From: a virus
Length of the DNA: 64,000 bases
Virus record (IMG/VR): IMGVR_UViG_3300009073_000002
Strand: one strand, 5' to 3'
The translations under genes and the position numbers were made by a program. Under the pieces are notes generated by a model. The model worked only from the letters and a program-made list of their open reading frames with translations. It was not told where the DNA came from and made no database searches. Below are positions 38,134 to 47,235 of this stretch, one piece after another; the stretch's first letter is position 1; each line of letters opens with the position of its first letter.

Positions 38134-38504
38134 AGGCCTTCTCTTTTAATTATCAATCCTCTACTGTCTGAAACTCTTAAATACTTAGAAGCATCTAATC
38201 CTTTTCTTCTGTAGAGTTTAATTGTGTTGACTAGATGTCCGTTAGTCATCTCATTAATTAGCATATACTCTCCATTTCTTCTATTGTGGAGATACTGTTC
38301 GTTCCTTTGTCTTTGGTATTTAAGAATAATCTTCAGAAAGTAATTACCTCCTTCTAGTATCCATACAGATCCTATAACTCTTATGATTATAGGCTTTACG
38401 GTCTCGGGCGAGACAACAAGGTGGATGCCTGCTGCGATAGCAAAAAAGCAGTAGATGACTAGCTTTAAGTATGACTTGTTGAATTTTGATATTAGTTTTT
38501 TCAT
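38130..38504 (-). CDS. membrane protein
   Basis: Two TM helices at the N-terminus. Confidence 0.55.
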   Translation of the reverse strand: MKKLISKFNKSYLKLVIYCFFAIAAGIHLVVSPETVKPIIIRVIGSVWILEGGNYFLKIILKYQRQRNEQYLHNRRNGEYMLINEMTNGHLVNTIKLYRRKGLDASKYLRVSDSRGLIIKREGL

Positions 38505-38737
38505 TGCTCTAATGTATATGTATTTGTGATTGTAATAGGAATCAATACAGCATCCTTTAATTGTTCGAATTGGAAACTAGGTGCCATGTCTGTAGCTTTC
38601 TTACAAAACTCAGGATCAGAAACTTTAGCATTTTTCAGTGGACCAAAATCATAGTGTTTAGACCGACCATCATCATACTGTAATCCCCAGTACTTACCAT
38701 CTTTCATGGCTACTACACCTTTCTTAATTGTATTCAT
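38501..38737 (-). CDS. hypothetical protein
   Basis: 78-aa ORF. Confidence 0.55.
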   Translation of the reverse strand: MNTIKKGVVAMKDGKYWGLQYDDGRSKHYDFGPLKNAKVSDPEFCKKATDMAPSFQFEQLKDAVLIPITITNTYTLEQ

Positions 38738-38765
38738 GGTTTATTAGTTGTTTAGTTAAAAAAAA

Positions 38766-38915
38766 TAGAGAGCCAACAGTGTGGATGTAATTTGTGGGTT
38801 TCCAGAGCCATACAGGAGCTTATTCAAAGGCAGTTGTGCCTGCGGTAGTCCAGTCCTGACGTGTACACCTCACCTGCGTCGAATTCAGCTTCCTGCTCGC
38901 TTCCTCAAGGCTCTC
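38766..38915 (-). ncRNA. GC-rich structured intergenic RNA / attenuator candidate
   Basis: GAGAGCC (38915..38909) pairs with GGCTCTC (38774..38768), followed by TA and T8. Contains the palindrome GTGTACAC and direct repeats AGGAAGC. Confidence 0.35.
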
Positions 38916-38918
38916 ATA

Positions 38919-39491
38919 TTATCTTAATCCTATTCTGTTTTCGACCACATCAATTAATAGTATTATCTGATGATTAACAAATAGAACTGCTGCCAATACA
39001 TATAAAAAAGGATCAGCTATAAAGCTATTATCAACTGCTCCTAATCTACAAATAAAACATACAAAAGCAAATATTAAAGATATTGCAAAGTATTCATCAA
39101 ACTTTTTTGCTACGTGTCTTATATTCAAAAGAGCTGTACGAATGAAAGGTAATTTCTCAGGAGCAACTGGGCTACTCTTAATTTCTTTAGACTCATCATA
39201 GAAAGAGCTGTCTGCTACGCCTCTTATCTGTACATTATAACATCTAGATATTCCATCTACAAGTTCATCAAATAGAAATTGGTTGTTATTTTCTATCCCA
39301 TATATCTTAGCTGATGTATCCTTGAAGAAATCTCTATAAGTGTATGGTTTGGGTATTTTCAATCCTATTTCTAGAGCCTGCATCTTAATTCTATCTGGGT
39401 CGCGGCATACAATTGGGATTTGCCCTTTCCATGAGAGAATTATTAATGATCTTGTCTTTCCTGATCTTGGTTTACCTATGAATGCTTTCAT
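38919..39491 (-). CDS. mini P-loop NTPase with C-terminal TM helices
   Basis: Walker A GKPRSGKT; Walker B-like FLFDEL. Hydrophobic C-terminus. Paralog of 61144..61590. Confidence 0.6.
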   Translation of the reverse strand: MKAFIGKPRSGKTRSLIILSWKGQIPIVCRDPDRIKMQALEIGLKIPKPYTYRDFFKDTSAKIYGIENNNQFLFDELVDGISRCYNVQIRGVADSSFYDESKEIKSSPVAPEKLPFIRTALLNIRHVAKKFDEYFAISLIFAFVCFICRLGAVDNSFIADPFLYVLAAVLFVNHQIILLIDVVENRIGLR

Positions 39492-41014
39492 TATTTTGTA
39501 TTTATTAAATAGATGCTATCGTGATTAACTAAAAGGATTCCTCCTGTGCTAAAATGCAAACTACTATGTGAGTTACATTTAGGGCACTCTATCTCTGAAA
39601 CTACTTGCATATCTTTGATTCTGTAAACTATTATTTTACCGTCTGCAGGCTCAAATACAAAATCTTTGTTCATACATGATGATTTAAATTCATCAATTTC
39701 TAACTTTTTCTTTCCACCTCCTTTAAGTTCGAAGTAGGCATATTTTATTTCGGTTCCTTCTTTGTATTTGAATACAGCCATTGATCCAAACGTCTTTGCG
39801 TCAAGTATTCTAAATCCATATTCAAAAGATGCTAGATTATCATTTACATTAGAAAACACAAAAGAAGTCTTAGATGTATTAAAAATCATACCTGATCCAA
39901 ATGTCAATGCTTTCCTAAAGATATCCCTAGATCTCCTATATAGTATTCTATTGCCGGATTTATTTAAGGTGTAAATGTTCATTTTGTCACCTATAACTTC
40001 TATAAGGTTCGATCCAGTTTTGTGTTGAAATATAGCTAAAGGCATTTCTTTATTTGTGAATATTTTCTTATCAGAAAAATATCTCCCCTTACCAATTTCT
40101 TCAACCCAACGAACTCCTTTTATTTCAAAAACATTGCCATTAACTTGAAATCTATTCCCGTTAAAATGAAAGTCTATAATGTCACCTGTATAAACTAATT
40201 TTTCATGTATTTTATCAGATGATAGATCAATCTTAACAACTGGGGCCATTACAACCTTAGATAATGAAGGAAAAACTCTTAATCCTTCTTCCATTATTTT
40301 AAAGTAAATATCTTTTTGGTGACCGGTAAATTCTCTGTATGATTTGTGTATTTTAAGACCTGCATTTTTTCTCATTACAGAGAATTTATCAATCATTCTG
40401 TTTTTCAGTTTATCAGCACCTTTATAATTAGGATGCTGACCCTTATATGGGTGAGTATGAGTCATTGCTTCAAACATAATAATTGACAATGCAAACCAAT
40501 CTGATTCTTTCGATACTTTAGCGTTGTAATACCAATCAGTGATTTCGGGCTGCAAAACTTGGTTATGTCTGCCTCCTGGTGTTTGATATGAGGCTGTATC
40601 AATGAATCTTATCTCTTTTCCGTTAGTAAGTATGTTCTCAGGATTTAAGTCGCCTATAACGAATCCTATGTTGTGAGCTTCTTGAACTAACGAACTTACT
40701 TTCTCGAGCAGTATTACTTTCTGTTTATCTGATATTTTCTTTTTAGTGCAGAAAGATTGGTATTTAAGTCCAGAAATAGGATAGTAGCTTTGATCTACAT
40801 AATCCATTGTATGACCAATTATAACTCCTGATTTGTCAATCGTATCAAGTGGCTTAATGAATTCAGAAGGTAGTTTCCTAAAATCATTGATAGTTGTTTT
40901 TAGATGAGCACATCTTTTAGGGTCGTGATATATCTTAGCTACTAAGCTAGGATTGTTTGCTACTTCATAGATTGTTCCTTCCCCACCTCCGTTGATTTCT
41001 TTGCCTAATTGCAT
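39491..41014 (-). CDS. Ser/Thr protein kinase with about 250-aa uncharacterised C-terminal domain
   Basis: G-loop GGGEGTIYEV, VAKIY, catalytic loop IGDLNPENIL, FIDTASY. Confidence 0.75.
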   Translation of the reverse strand: MQLGKEINGGGEGTIYEVANNPSLVAKIYHDPKRCAHLKTTINDFRKLPSEFIKPLDTIDKSGVIIGHTMDYVDQSYYPISGLKYQSFCTKKKISDKQKVILLEKVSSLVQEAHNIGFVIGDLNPENILTNGKEIRFIDTASYQTPGGRHNQVLQPEITDWYYNAKVSKESDWFALSIIMFEAMTHTHPYKGQHPNYKGADKLKNRMIDKFSVMRKNAGLKIHKSYREFTGHQKDIYFKIMEEGLRVFPSLSKVVMAPVVKIDLSSDKIHEKLVYTGDIIDFHFNGNRFQVNGNVFEIKGVRWVEEIGKGRYFSDKKIFTNKEMPLAIFQHKTGSNLIEVIGDKMNIYTLNKSGNRILYRRSRDIFRKALTFGSGMIFNTSKTSFVFSNVNDNLASFEYGFRILDAKTFGSMAVFKYKEGTEIKYAYFELKGGGKKKLEIDEFKSSCMNKDFVFEPADGKIIVYRIKDMQVVSEIECPKCNSHSSLHFSTGGILLVNHDSIYLINTK

Positions 41015-41712
41015 TGGTAAATTATTAATGAAATATCGTCTTGATTAATTATCTTTTCGTAACCTGGGAATATTCCCTTGCTCAGCATTTTCAACTTGCG
41101 ACTAAGGCAGGTTTTGTTTTCATTCCTCCATCTGTCATTGATAAACAATTCAGATAGATTAAATTTCTCGGTATTACTTCTAAATGATTCTAGTCCATCC
41201 GTACTTAAAGCAACTTGATCTGTATACGCGAATAAATCAATGGTTAGAGATTCTTTAAAATCATTCCAGTCCTGATATTGAGAAATATACTTAGGTTGAT
41301 TGTTTTGATCAATTGATACTATATTGTGATCGATAGCATATATCCCATCTCCTGAGAAGACTACTATAGCATTCTTTGTATATTTATCTATTACGCATAT
41401 TCCAATTGTTGCTTCCAATTCATTTTTCTCTAGAGATAAATTTTTTCTGTATATTCTTAGATCTTCAAATAACTCTCTCATTATATAAAGAGCTTCTTCC
41501 TTTGGCTGTTTTAAAAAGATACCCATGTTCTTTTTGTCAATGAGTATCTTTTTGAACATCTTTTTGAATAGACCTGATGCGAATGCGCTGTCAAGTCCTC
41601 CGCTGCACCCATCTGAGACGAATAAATAAAGATAGCGTTCCGTATCAGATACGTACTGGCTATCTTCATTCGTCTTATGAGTGGAACCTATTTTACTGAG
41701 TTCCTTAATCAT
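41005..41712 (-). CDS. PP2C-family Ser/Thr phosphatase
   Basis: HKTNEDS, FVSDGCSGG, FSGDGIY, LSTDGL. Confidence 0.7.
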   Translation of the reverse strand: MIKELSKIGSTHKTNEDSQYVSDTERYLYLFVSDGCSGGLDSAFASGLFKKMFKKILIDKKNMGIFLKQPKEEALYIMRELFEDLRIYRKNLSLEKNELEATIGICVIDKYTKNAIVVFSGDGIYAIDHNIVSIDQNNQPKYISQYQDWNDFKESLTIDLFAYTDQVALSTDGLESFRSNTEKFNLSELFINDRWRNENKTCLSRKLKMLSKGIFPGYEKIINQDDISLIIYQCN

Positions 41713-42401
41713 TAGAATGTAACATTTGCGATGTTCGCGGTACTTCCAGACGATACTGACTGAGAAGCAACTGTAATCATTCCTCTGATCTTCTTTCCGA
41801 TTGGAGTTGGATCACTTGGGTCATCTACAGCCACTTTAGTGATTCCCATCTGTTGTGCTGCACCTTTGAAGTAAGATGGGTCATTAAGACCAAATAATAC
41901 TAAGTCAAAGTTTCCGAAATTCTCTTCATTTGAGTAAATCTCATCTAGCTTCTTTTTTACATCAGAAGGATTTTTAGATGAACTATTGTCATCTCCATCA
42001 GTGAAGACGAAAATCATTACTTTACAATCAGCACCAGAGCTTACGATACTTTCGTAGTAGCTTCTACTGTTTTCAAGAGCTGTGTAAACTCCATCATACA
42101 ATGCAGTCATTCCTCTTGGACTTACATCAATATGATCTACTGAAGCAATTGGAGTGAATCCATGAACTACTTCTACTGAAGAATCAAAATCAACTCTTGA
42201 ATACATTATTTTGTCTGAATGATGAGATCCTTTCCACTCTTTAAGAGTTTCAGACATTGCATCATTCATATCATTGACATAATTAGAGATAGAACCACTT
42301 CTATCTATGACGAATGTTACTAACATTACATCATCTACCTGAATGTCATCAGGGTTAAAATTAGGCTTCCCAAAGGATACGCCAAAATCTAAACTTTCCA
42401 T
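41712..42401 (-). CDS. von Willebrand factor A (TerY-like) protein
   Basis: MIDAS motif DRSGS, TALYDG, FTDGDDN. Confidence 0.8.
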   Translation of the reverse strand: MESLDFGVSFGKPNFNPDDIQVDDVMLVTFVIDRSGSISNYVNDMNDAMSETLKEWKGSHHSDKIMYSRVDFDSSVEVVHGFTPIASVDHIDVSPRGMTALYDGVYTALENSRSYYESIVSSGADCKVMIFVFTDGDDNSSSKNPSDVKKKLDEIYSNEENFGNFDLVLFGLNDPSYFKGAAQQMGITKVAVDDPSDPTPIGKKIRGMITVASQSVSSGSTANIANVTF

Positions 42402-42429
42402 TCTTTTTGGATTTTAGTTGTGATAAAAA

Positions 42430-43227
42430 TTATTTCAAAAATTGAGCTGTTGCTGTTGTACAAAGAACAACTCCTTTGCTTTCAGCTTCAGCAAAAATAG
42501 AGTCAGCCATACCTTCGAATCCTGCAACGTCACTCATAGCATCAGTAACCACATTCAACTTAGGTAATAAGTCTGGACAGTAATTAAGCATTTGCTTCAA
42601 TGTGTTTCCAACACAGTGACTTTTAGCTTGACCCATTAAAAATACTTTAGAGTACTTATTCAGCTTTGCATATAGTCCGTGATTGAACTCTGTTGACTCT
42701 TGACCAGGATAAGGTACATTTGCTCTTAATGCTCCAAAGTGTTCACTCAATGGGAATTCTCCTTTTTGCACTATTTCGTACAGAGACATTGTTTTTTCTT
42801 GCCAGTTAAGAACAGCATTCATAAGCTCAGGAACTATAGCTGCTCCCGACGAACCAATGATGCAGTGCTTTGGCCAGATACAATGCTTATACTCTCCATT
42901 CTTTTCAAGTTCTTCAATGTATGAAATTGATTCCCTTACATATAGTTGTGGAGTCCAAATTCCGTCTTTAATGTCTTGACTAGAAATCAAAGTGAATGGA
43001 GGTGGATTGCTTCCATCTTTGCCTTTCCACCATACTGGATGAGCGATGTGTAGAGATTGGTGACTGTCTTGTGTTAACGAGATGTAGTCAATGTGATCTG
43101 CATTGTCCTCTATTAGCTTAACAGTCCTCTGTGTGTCTTCCTCAGCTCCTTGGACAAACAAGGCTCCTTTAGGGTCACAGAAATCGACTTGACCATCGAT
43201 AATTAAAATAGCATTTCTTTTGTTCAT
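42430..43227 (-). CDS. isochorismatase-family hydrolase, nicotinamidase (PncA)-like
   Basis: ILIIDGQVDFCDPKGALFV and the catalytic-Cys context GQAKSHCV. Confidence 0.7.
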   Translation of the reverse strand: MNKRNAILIIDGQVDFCDPKGALFVQGAEEDTQRTVKLIEDNADHIDYISLTQDSHQSLHIAHPVWWKGKDGSNPPPFTLISSQDIKDGIWTPQLYVRESISYIEELEKNGEYKHCIWPKHCIIGSSGAAIVPELMNAVLNWQEKTMSLYEIVQKGEFPLSEHFGALRANVPYPGQESTEFNHGLYAKLNKYSKVFLMGQAKSHCVGNTLKQMLNYCPDLLPKLNVVTDAMSDVAGFEGMADSIFAEAESKGVVLCTTATAQFLK

Positions 43228-43261
43228 TACGTGTAGATTTAAAAGTGAAAAATTATTGTTG

Positions 43262-44761
43262 TTAAATATTATGCAAGTTAGCTTTCCCCATACTGTTAGA
43301 GATTGCAGTGATTAATTGAGGTGGAATACTGTTTCCGATCCCCTTAGTTTGCTGTGCTTTAGTGCCAGTTAAAATGTAATCCTCTCCAAATCCCTGACAC
43401 ATAGCCAATTCCCTAGGATTTAGCCATCTCATTTTTACATCTAGCAAGTATGTACCGTCACCAATATAGCAAGATATCAGAGTATTATGATCTTTGGTTG
43501 TAATGGTGTGCAATGGCTTATCCAGACTGCTCGCGTGATTACCTCCAAAATGCTTAGAGATGAACTGAAGTAACTCTACTGATACCTCTTTCTCAAATGG
43601 TCCTCTTACGATATCACAAGTCACAAGATTAGACTTTGTATTCGTTGTAATCGTTCCTAACGGCTTATCTATCGATGAGACGTTGTACTCCCCAGAAAAG
43701 TATTTATCTATGAACTGTAGCTTCTCAACAGTCACCAGAGCCTTCTCATCCTTGGTTACAATAGTCTTTAGCGGCTCGTCAATGCTTCCGTAGTTGCTCG
43801 CCCCATGATAATGTTGGGTGTAGAAGGTTTCTGTAGTAATCAATGCGTGTCTATCCTTAGTTGTAATCGTATGTAGTGGATCATCAATTGAAGATACATT
43901 TTGCTCTGATCTATAAGACTTGGCTATGAAGGGTACACCCGGACCATATTTTTTGATTCCGTATGCGATTCTCTTTAGCGTGTTTTCCACTAATGGATTA
44001 GGGTCGCCATTTTTTCGAGTACGTCCAAAGATTGAATTACCATGATTATTTAGATCGATACATTCCCTACATGGAATCCAAGGCTCAAGACCAAACATAC
44101 CAGGCTTTTCAGTATGTGTTGGCTCTGGCCATTCAATCTCCCAACCTTCTTTAGTAAACAATAAGAATAATCTTTTCCTAGAAGTTGGAGCACCATAGTC
44201 AGCTGCATTGAGAACTCTCTTGCTGTAATTCTTAAAACCGTAATCATACTGCATTTTGTAGCACCACTTATGAAAGTATTGACCTTTCTTTTTAGGGTCA
44301 GGAATCATTACTGGCTTCCCTTGATTCTTACCTCGAGTAATTTTAATTATTTTGCCATCTGAATCTCTCTTAGGAATAAGAGGACCCCAATCTAAAAACT
44401 CAACTACATTTTCAATGATTACGATGTTAGCTCCTGTGTACTTGATGTATCTAAAAATCTCATTAGCCATTGCTCGACTGTCAGGATCTCGCGATGAACC
44501 TCCTTTGGCTTTAGAATGATTCGTACATTCAATCCCTGCAGCTAGTACATCGGCTTTCTTAATTACAGCTTCATTGGACTTGTAGAGGTCTGCTATTACA
44601 AATTCTACATCTTTATGATTTCTGGAATTAGTCTCTATTGCATGTTGGTCATGATTAAGACCTTGGATTACTGTAAAGTAATCGCTGCGATGCATCCCTT
44701 CTGTCATGCCGCCTGATCCGCAAAGTAAGTCTACTGCTTCGAATTGTTGATTTGATTTCAT
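43262..44761 (-). CDS. DNA (cytosine-5) methyltransferase with four tandem repeat modules
   Basis: Motif I DLLCGSGG, IV-like GIECT, VI ENVVEF, QGF, X GIGNSIPP. Four repeats of SxDxPLxTIxTxxxxxL. Confidence 0.85.
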   Translation of the reverse strand: MKSNQQFEAVDLLCGSGGMTEGMHRSDYFTVIQGLNHDQHAIETNSRNHKDVEFVIADLYKSNEAVIKKADVLAAGIECTNHSKAKGGSSRDPDSRAMANEIFRYIKYTGANIVIIENVVEFLDWGPLIPKRDSDGKIIKITRGKNQGKPVMIPDPKKKGQYFHKWCYKMQYDYGFKNYSKRVLNAADYGAPTSRKRLFLLFTKEGWEIEWPEPTHTEKPGMFGLEPWIPCRECIDLNNHGNSIFGRTRKNGDPNPLVENTLKRIAYGIKKYGPGVPFIAKSYRSEQNVSSIDDPLHTITTKDRHALITTETFYTQHYHGASNYGSIDEPLKTIVTKDEKALVTVEKLQFIDKYFSGEYNVSSIDKPLGTITTNTKSNLVTCDIVRGPFEKEVSVELLQFISKHFGGNHASSLDKPLHTITTKDHNTLISCYIGDGTYLLDVKMRWLNPRELAMCQGFGEDYILTGTKAQQTKGIGNSIPPQLITAISNSMGKANLHNI

Positions 44762-44784
44762 TGATCTGATTTTAAATGGTATTG

Positions 44785-44792
44785 CAAATATA
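44785..44792 (-). promoter_or_regulatory. -7 box TATATTTG (minus strand) upstream of the methyltransferase
   Basis: Followed by CAATACCATTTAAAATCAGATCAATG. Confidence 0.45.
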
Positions 44793-44854
44793 CGTAAATA
44801 AATTATTTATTTTACAAATGACATGGATAAGTTGTGAGTCCACCCTGCTGTTAG

Positions 44855-45052
44855 TTAATTATAATTTAAAGTGATATCAATCCCATTAATGGTTTTTACT
44901 TTGGTTAGTGTGTTGATATGTACAAACTGAACTATATCATGTAGTCCAACAGTAAATATCATTCTAGTGCATCCGTCTGGATCATTGTAGATGAACAATT
45001 CTGCATCTTCAAGTCGATCTCGGTTTTTGGTTTGTAGTTTTCTTCTTTTCAT
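44855..45052 (-). CDS. hypothetical protein
   Basis: 65-aa ORF. Confidence 0.5.
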   Translation of the reverse strand: MKRRKLQTKNRDRLEDAELFIYNDPDGCTRMIFTVGLHDIVQFVHINTLTKVKTINGIDITLNYN

Positions 45053-45071
45053 GATTTTGGAATTTGGTTAT

Positions 45072-45359
45072 CTATAAATTTAATTTATTAGCTAGGTACT
45101 TTCTATCTAATCCGTATTTGAATATACGTCTGGTTATTGGTCCATTTATTCTGCATTCCTTTAAGGTTTCGTCGTAATCTAATCTTAACCATGCAAAAAT
45201 ATCTTGATGTAAATAAATATCATCTATACATTCTCCGTCGATATCAATACTCAAATACCAAATCATTTCGTCACCATAGATACTAGGCTCTCCGTACTTC
45301 CAATCGTAGTCAACTGAGATTGTTACTTTGTAAAATAAAAATGCTATAATTCTTTTCAT
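45072..45359 (-). CDS. hypothetical protein
   Basis: The ATG at 45359 forms an ATGA overlap with the upstream stop. The track start is 45380. Confidence 0.5.
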   Translation of the reverse strand: MKRIIAFLFYKVTISVDYDWKYGEPSIYGDEMIWYLSIDIDGECIDDIYLHQDIFAWLRLDYDETLKECRINGPITRRIFKYGLDRKYLANKLNL

Positions 45360-45670
45360 GATTGTTTTCTTCTTTCGCATTGTTCGTTACACATTGGCTT
45401 TTCTTTAAATTGTTCCTTGGTCATTGAGATTACATCAGCATCCATTTCTGCAGCTCCTACCATAAATTCTTTTTTGTCTTCGGCATCCATCATCTCCCAG
45501 GCCGCGGCAGCAACCCATCCTTTGCATGAGGGACACACGGTTATCTTAACCTCTCTCTGTTCGTTATCAGCTTTAGACTTTTCTTTGTCTGCCTTCATTT
45601 TTGCTTTAATGTGATCAGGTAATGCATCTTGACCTGCTTTGTCGAATGTAAGTGATTTTGTGTTTTCCAT
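45356..45670 (-). CDS. hypothetical protein (CxxC-containing)
   Basis: 104-aa ORF. Confidence 0.55.
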   Translation of the reverse strand: MENTKSLTFDKAGQDALPDHIKAKMKADKEKSKADNEQREVKITVCPSCKGWVAAAAWEMMDAEDKKEFMVGAAEMDADVISMTKEQFKEKPMCNEQCERRKQS

Positions 45671-45672
45671 AA

Positions 45673-46200
45673 TTAATCTGAATAGTAATATTGAATAAAT
45701 TCTTTTGGTGTCTTCAGTTGGTATCCTCTCTCTTTGAAAAAGTCATTCATAATGATGTGTTCATTTCCGTAAAGTTCTTTTTCATCATCAGGAATACTCT
45801 CATCAAACAATATTTCGTAAAAGTTTCTTTCATCTTGGTACTTGTCGGTTACAAACCTCCAGGCTTGAAAGTTTACTTTTCCGTCTCTAACGGCTCGACG
45901 ATAGTCTCTAGGACTAATCTTATCACCGTACAGTAAATGATAATTATTAGTGACTGCAAGTCCTATATATCCATAATCTTCAATATGTACGTGAAATGTT
46001 ATCCAGTCGTAATGCACTCTAACTTCACAGTCATAATCTTCGTACTGGTTTTTAACTAATCCATCGATAGTTCTCACTTCTTTTCCTTTCATCCATTGCT
46101 CAGGCATTTTGGGATGATACAGTTTTAGTAGATCCTTTAAGGTTTGAGGGTCGTTTAGTAACTGGTTTTGAAATACTGATTTGATTTTGACTCTTTCCAT
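45673..46200 (-). CDS. hypothetical protein
   Basis: 175-aa ORF. Confidence 0.6.
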   Translation of the reverse strand: MERVKIKSVFQNQLLNDPQTLKDLLKLYHPKMPEQWMKGKEVRTIDGLVKNQYEDYDCEVRVHYDWITFHVHIEDYGYIGLAVTNNYHLLYGDKISPRDYRRAVRDGKVNFQAWRFVTDKYQDERNFYEILFDESIPDDEKELYGNEHIIMNDFFKERGYQLKTPKEFIQYYYSD

Positions 46201-46202
46201 TA

Positions 46203-46910
46203 TTAAGGCTTATTGAACATTGATTCTATATCTTTTTTAAGTTCTGGATTCAACTCCATTACCTCTTTTGAACCATCTTGATATTTGAATATAATATGAC
46301 TCACTTCTGTCTTTGGTTTTTTTATTTGACCATAATTAAACTCTTCATCTTCTGGTGGAATAAAAGTATTTTTCAAATTATAAAAGTAAGTACACATTTG
46401 TTCGTGAAATAGAATAAGATTTTCATACTCTCGAGTAAATTTCTCTCCGATCATATGCCACGGTTCTTCGAATGTAAGTACTTTCTTAATTTCAGATCTT
46501 TCTATACTGTCATCTATAAGATAGTAAGGTAAGTTGGTAAATAGATTCTGGAACGAAGCAACAAAAGAATCAGATGAGTTACAATTAGATTGGAATCGTT
46601 TTATTTCTTCTCTCATTTCTTTTTGAAACTCAGTATGCATATACCAAGGGAATCTATCCTTTATCTCTTTCCTTAAATTGGCAAATGTTTTCTTTCGATC
46701 AAACTGATAGCAGCTTACTGGACCAAGTAGCTTTTCTGCAAAGTAGCTACAGTCAGTTTGAGGTAGAAAGTCCTTTAGCGTGGACTCCTTACCCATTGCT
46801 CCCCAGAAGAAAGAGTATGTCTTGTCAAATGTTTCGACAATAATCTTGCCTTTTCCTACTTTAAAGTCTTCCAGATAAAGTATTCCTGATTTGAGTTTAA
46901 TATTTTCCAT
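46203..46910 (-). CDS. hypothetical protein
   Basis: 235-aa ORF. Confidence 0.6.
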   Translation of the reverse strand: MENIKLKSGILYLEDFKVGKGKIIVETFDKTYSFFWGAMGKESTLKDFLPQTDCSYFAEKLLGPVSCYQFDRKKTFANLRKEIKDRFPWYMHTEFQKEMREEIKRFQSNCNSSDSFVASFQNLFTNLPYYLIDDSIERSEIKKVLTFEEPWHMIGEKFTREYENLILFHEQMCTYFYNLKNTFIPPEDEEFNYGQIKKPKTEVSHIIFKYQDGSKEVMELNPELKKDIESMFNKP

Positions 46911-47233
46911 TACAGCTTTATTTCTTCAAATTGTGATTTAAGGTTTGCCAATTGTTCAGCTGCATCAGTGGTTAGGATGTCCATGATCTTAGCCAGTTCT
47001 TTACCTGAGACTCTTAATGGTCTATCAGGCTTTCCTTTTTGACCTACAGTAACAAATACATCTTGCTCAATGTCTAATTCAATTATTGATTTTTGATGAT
47101 TTTGAATGTATCGTATTTCAGATAATATTTTTGCTGCCTTATCAACTTCTTCGTTTGTTGATTGCTCTGACTCTGGATTATTCTTCGCATGAAGGAATCT
47201 CATAAAGTCTTCTAAATTAGTGAATTGAAACAT
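46910..47233 (-). CDS. hypothetical protein
   Basis: 1-nt overlap. Confidence 0.55.
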   Translation of the reverse strand: MFQFTNLEDFMRFLHAKNNPESEQSTNEEVDKAAKILSEIRYIQNHQKSIIELDIEQDVFVTVGQKGKPDRPLRVSGKELAKIMDILTTDAAEQLANLKSQFEEIKL

Positions 47234-47235
47234 AG

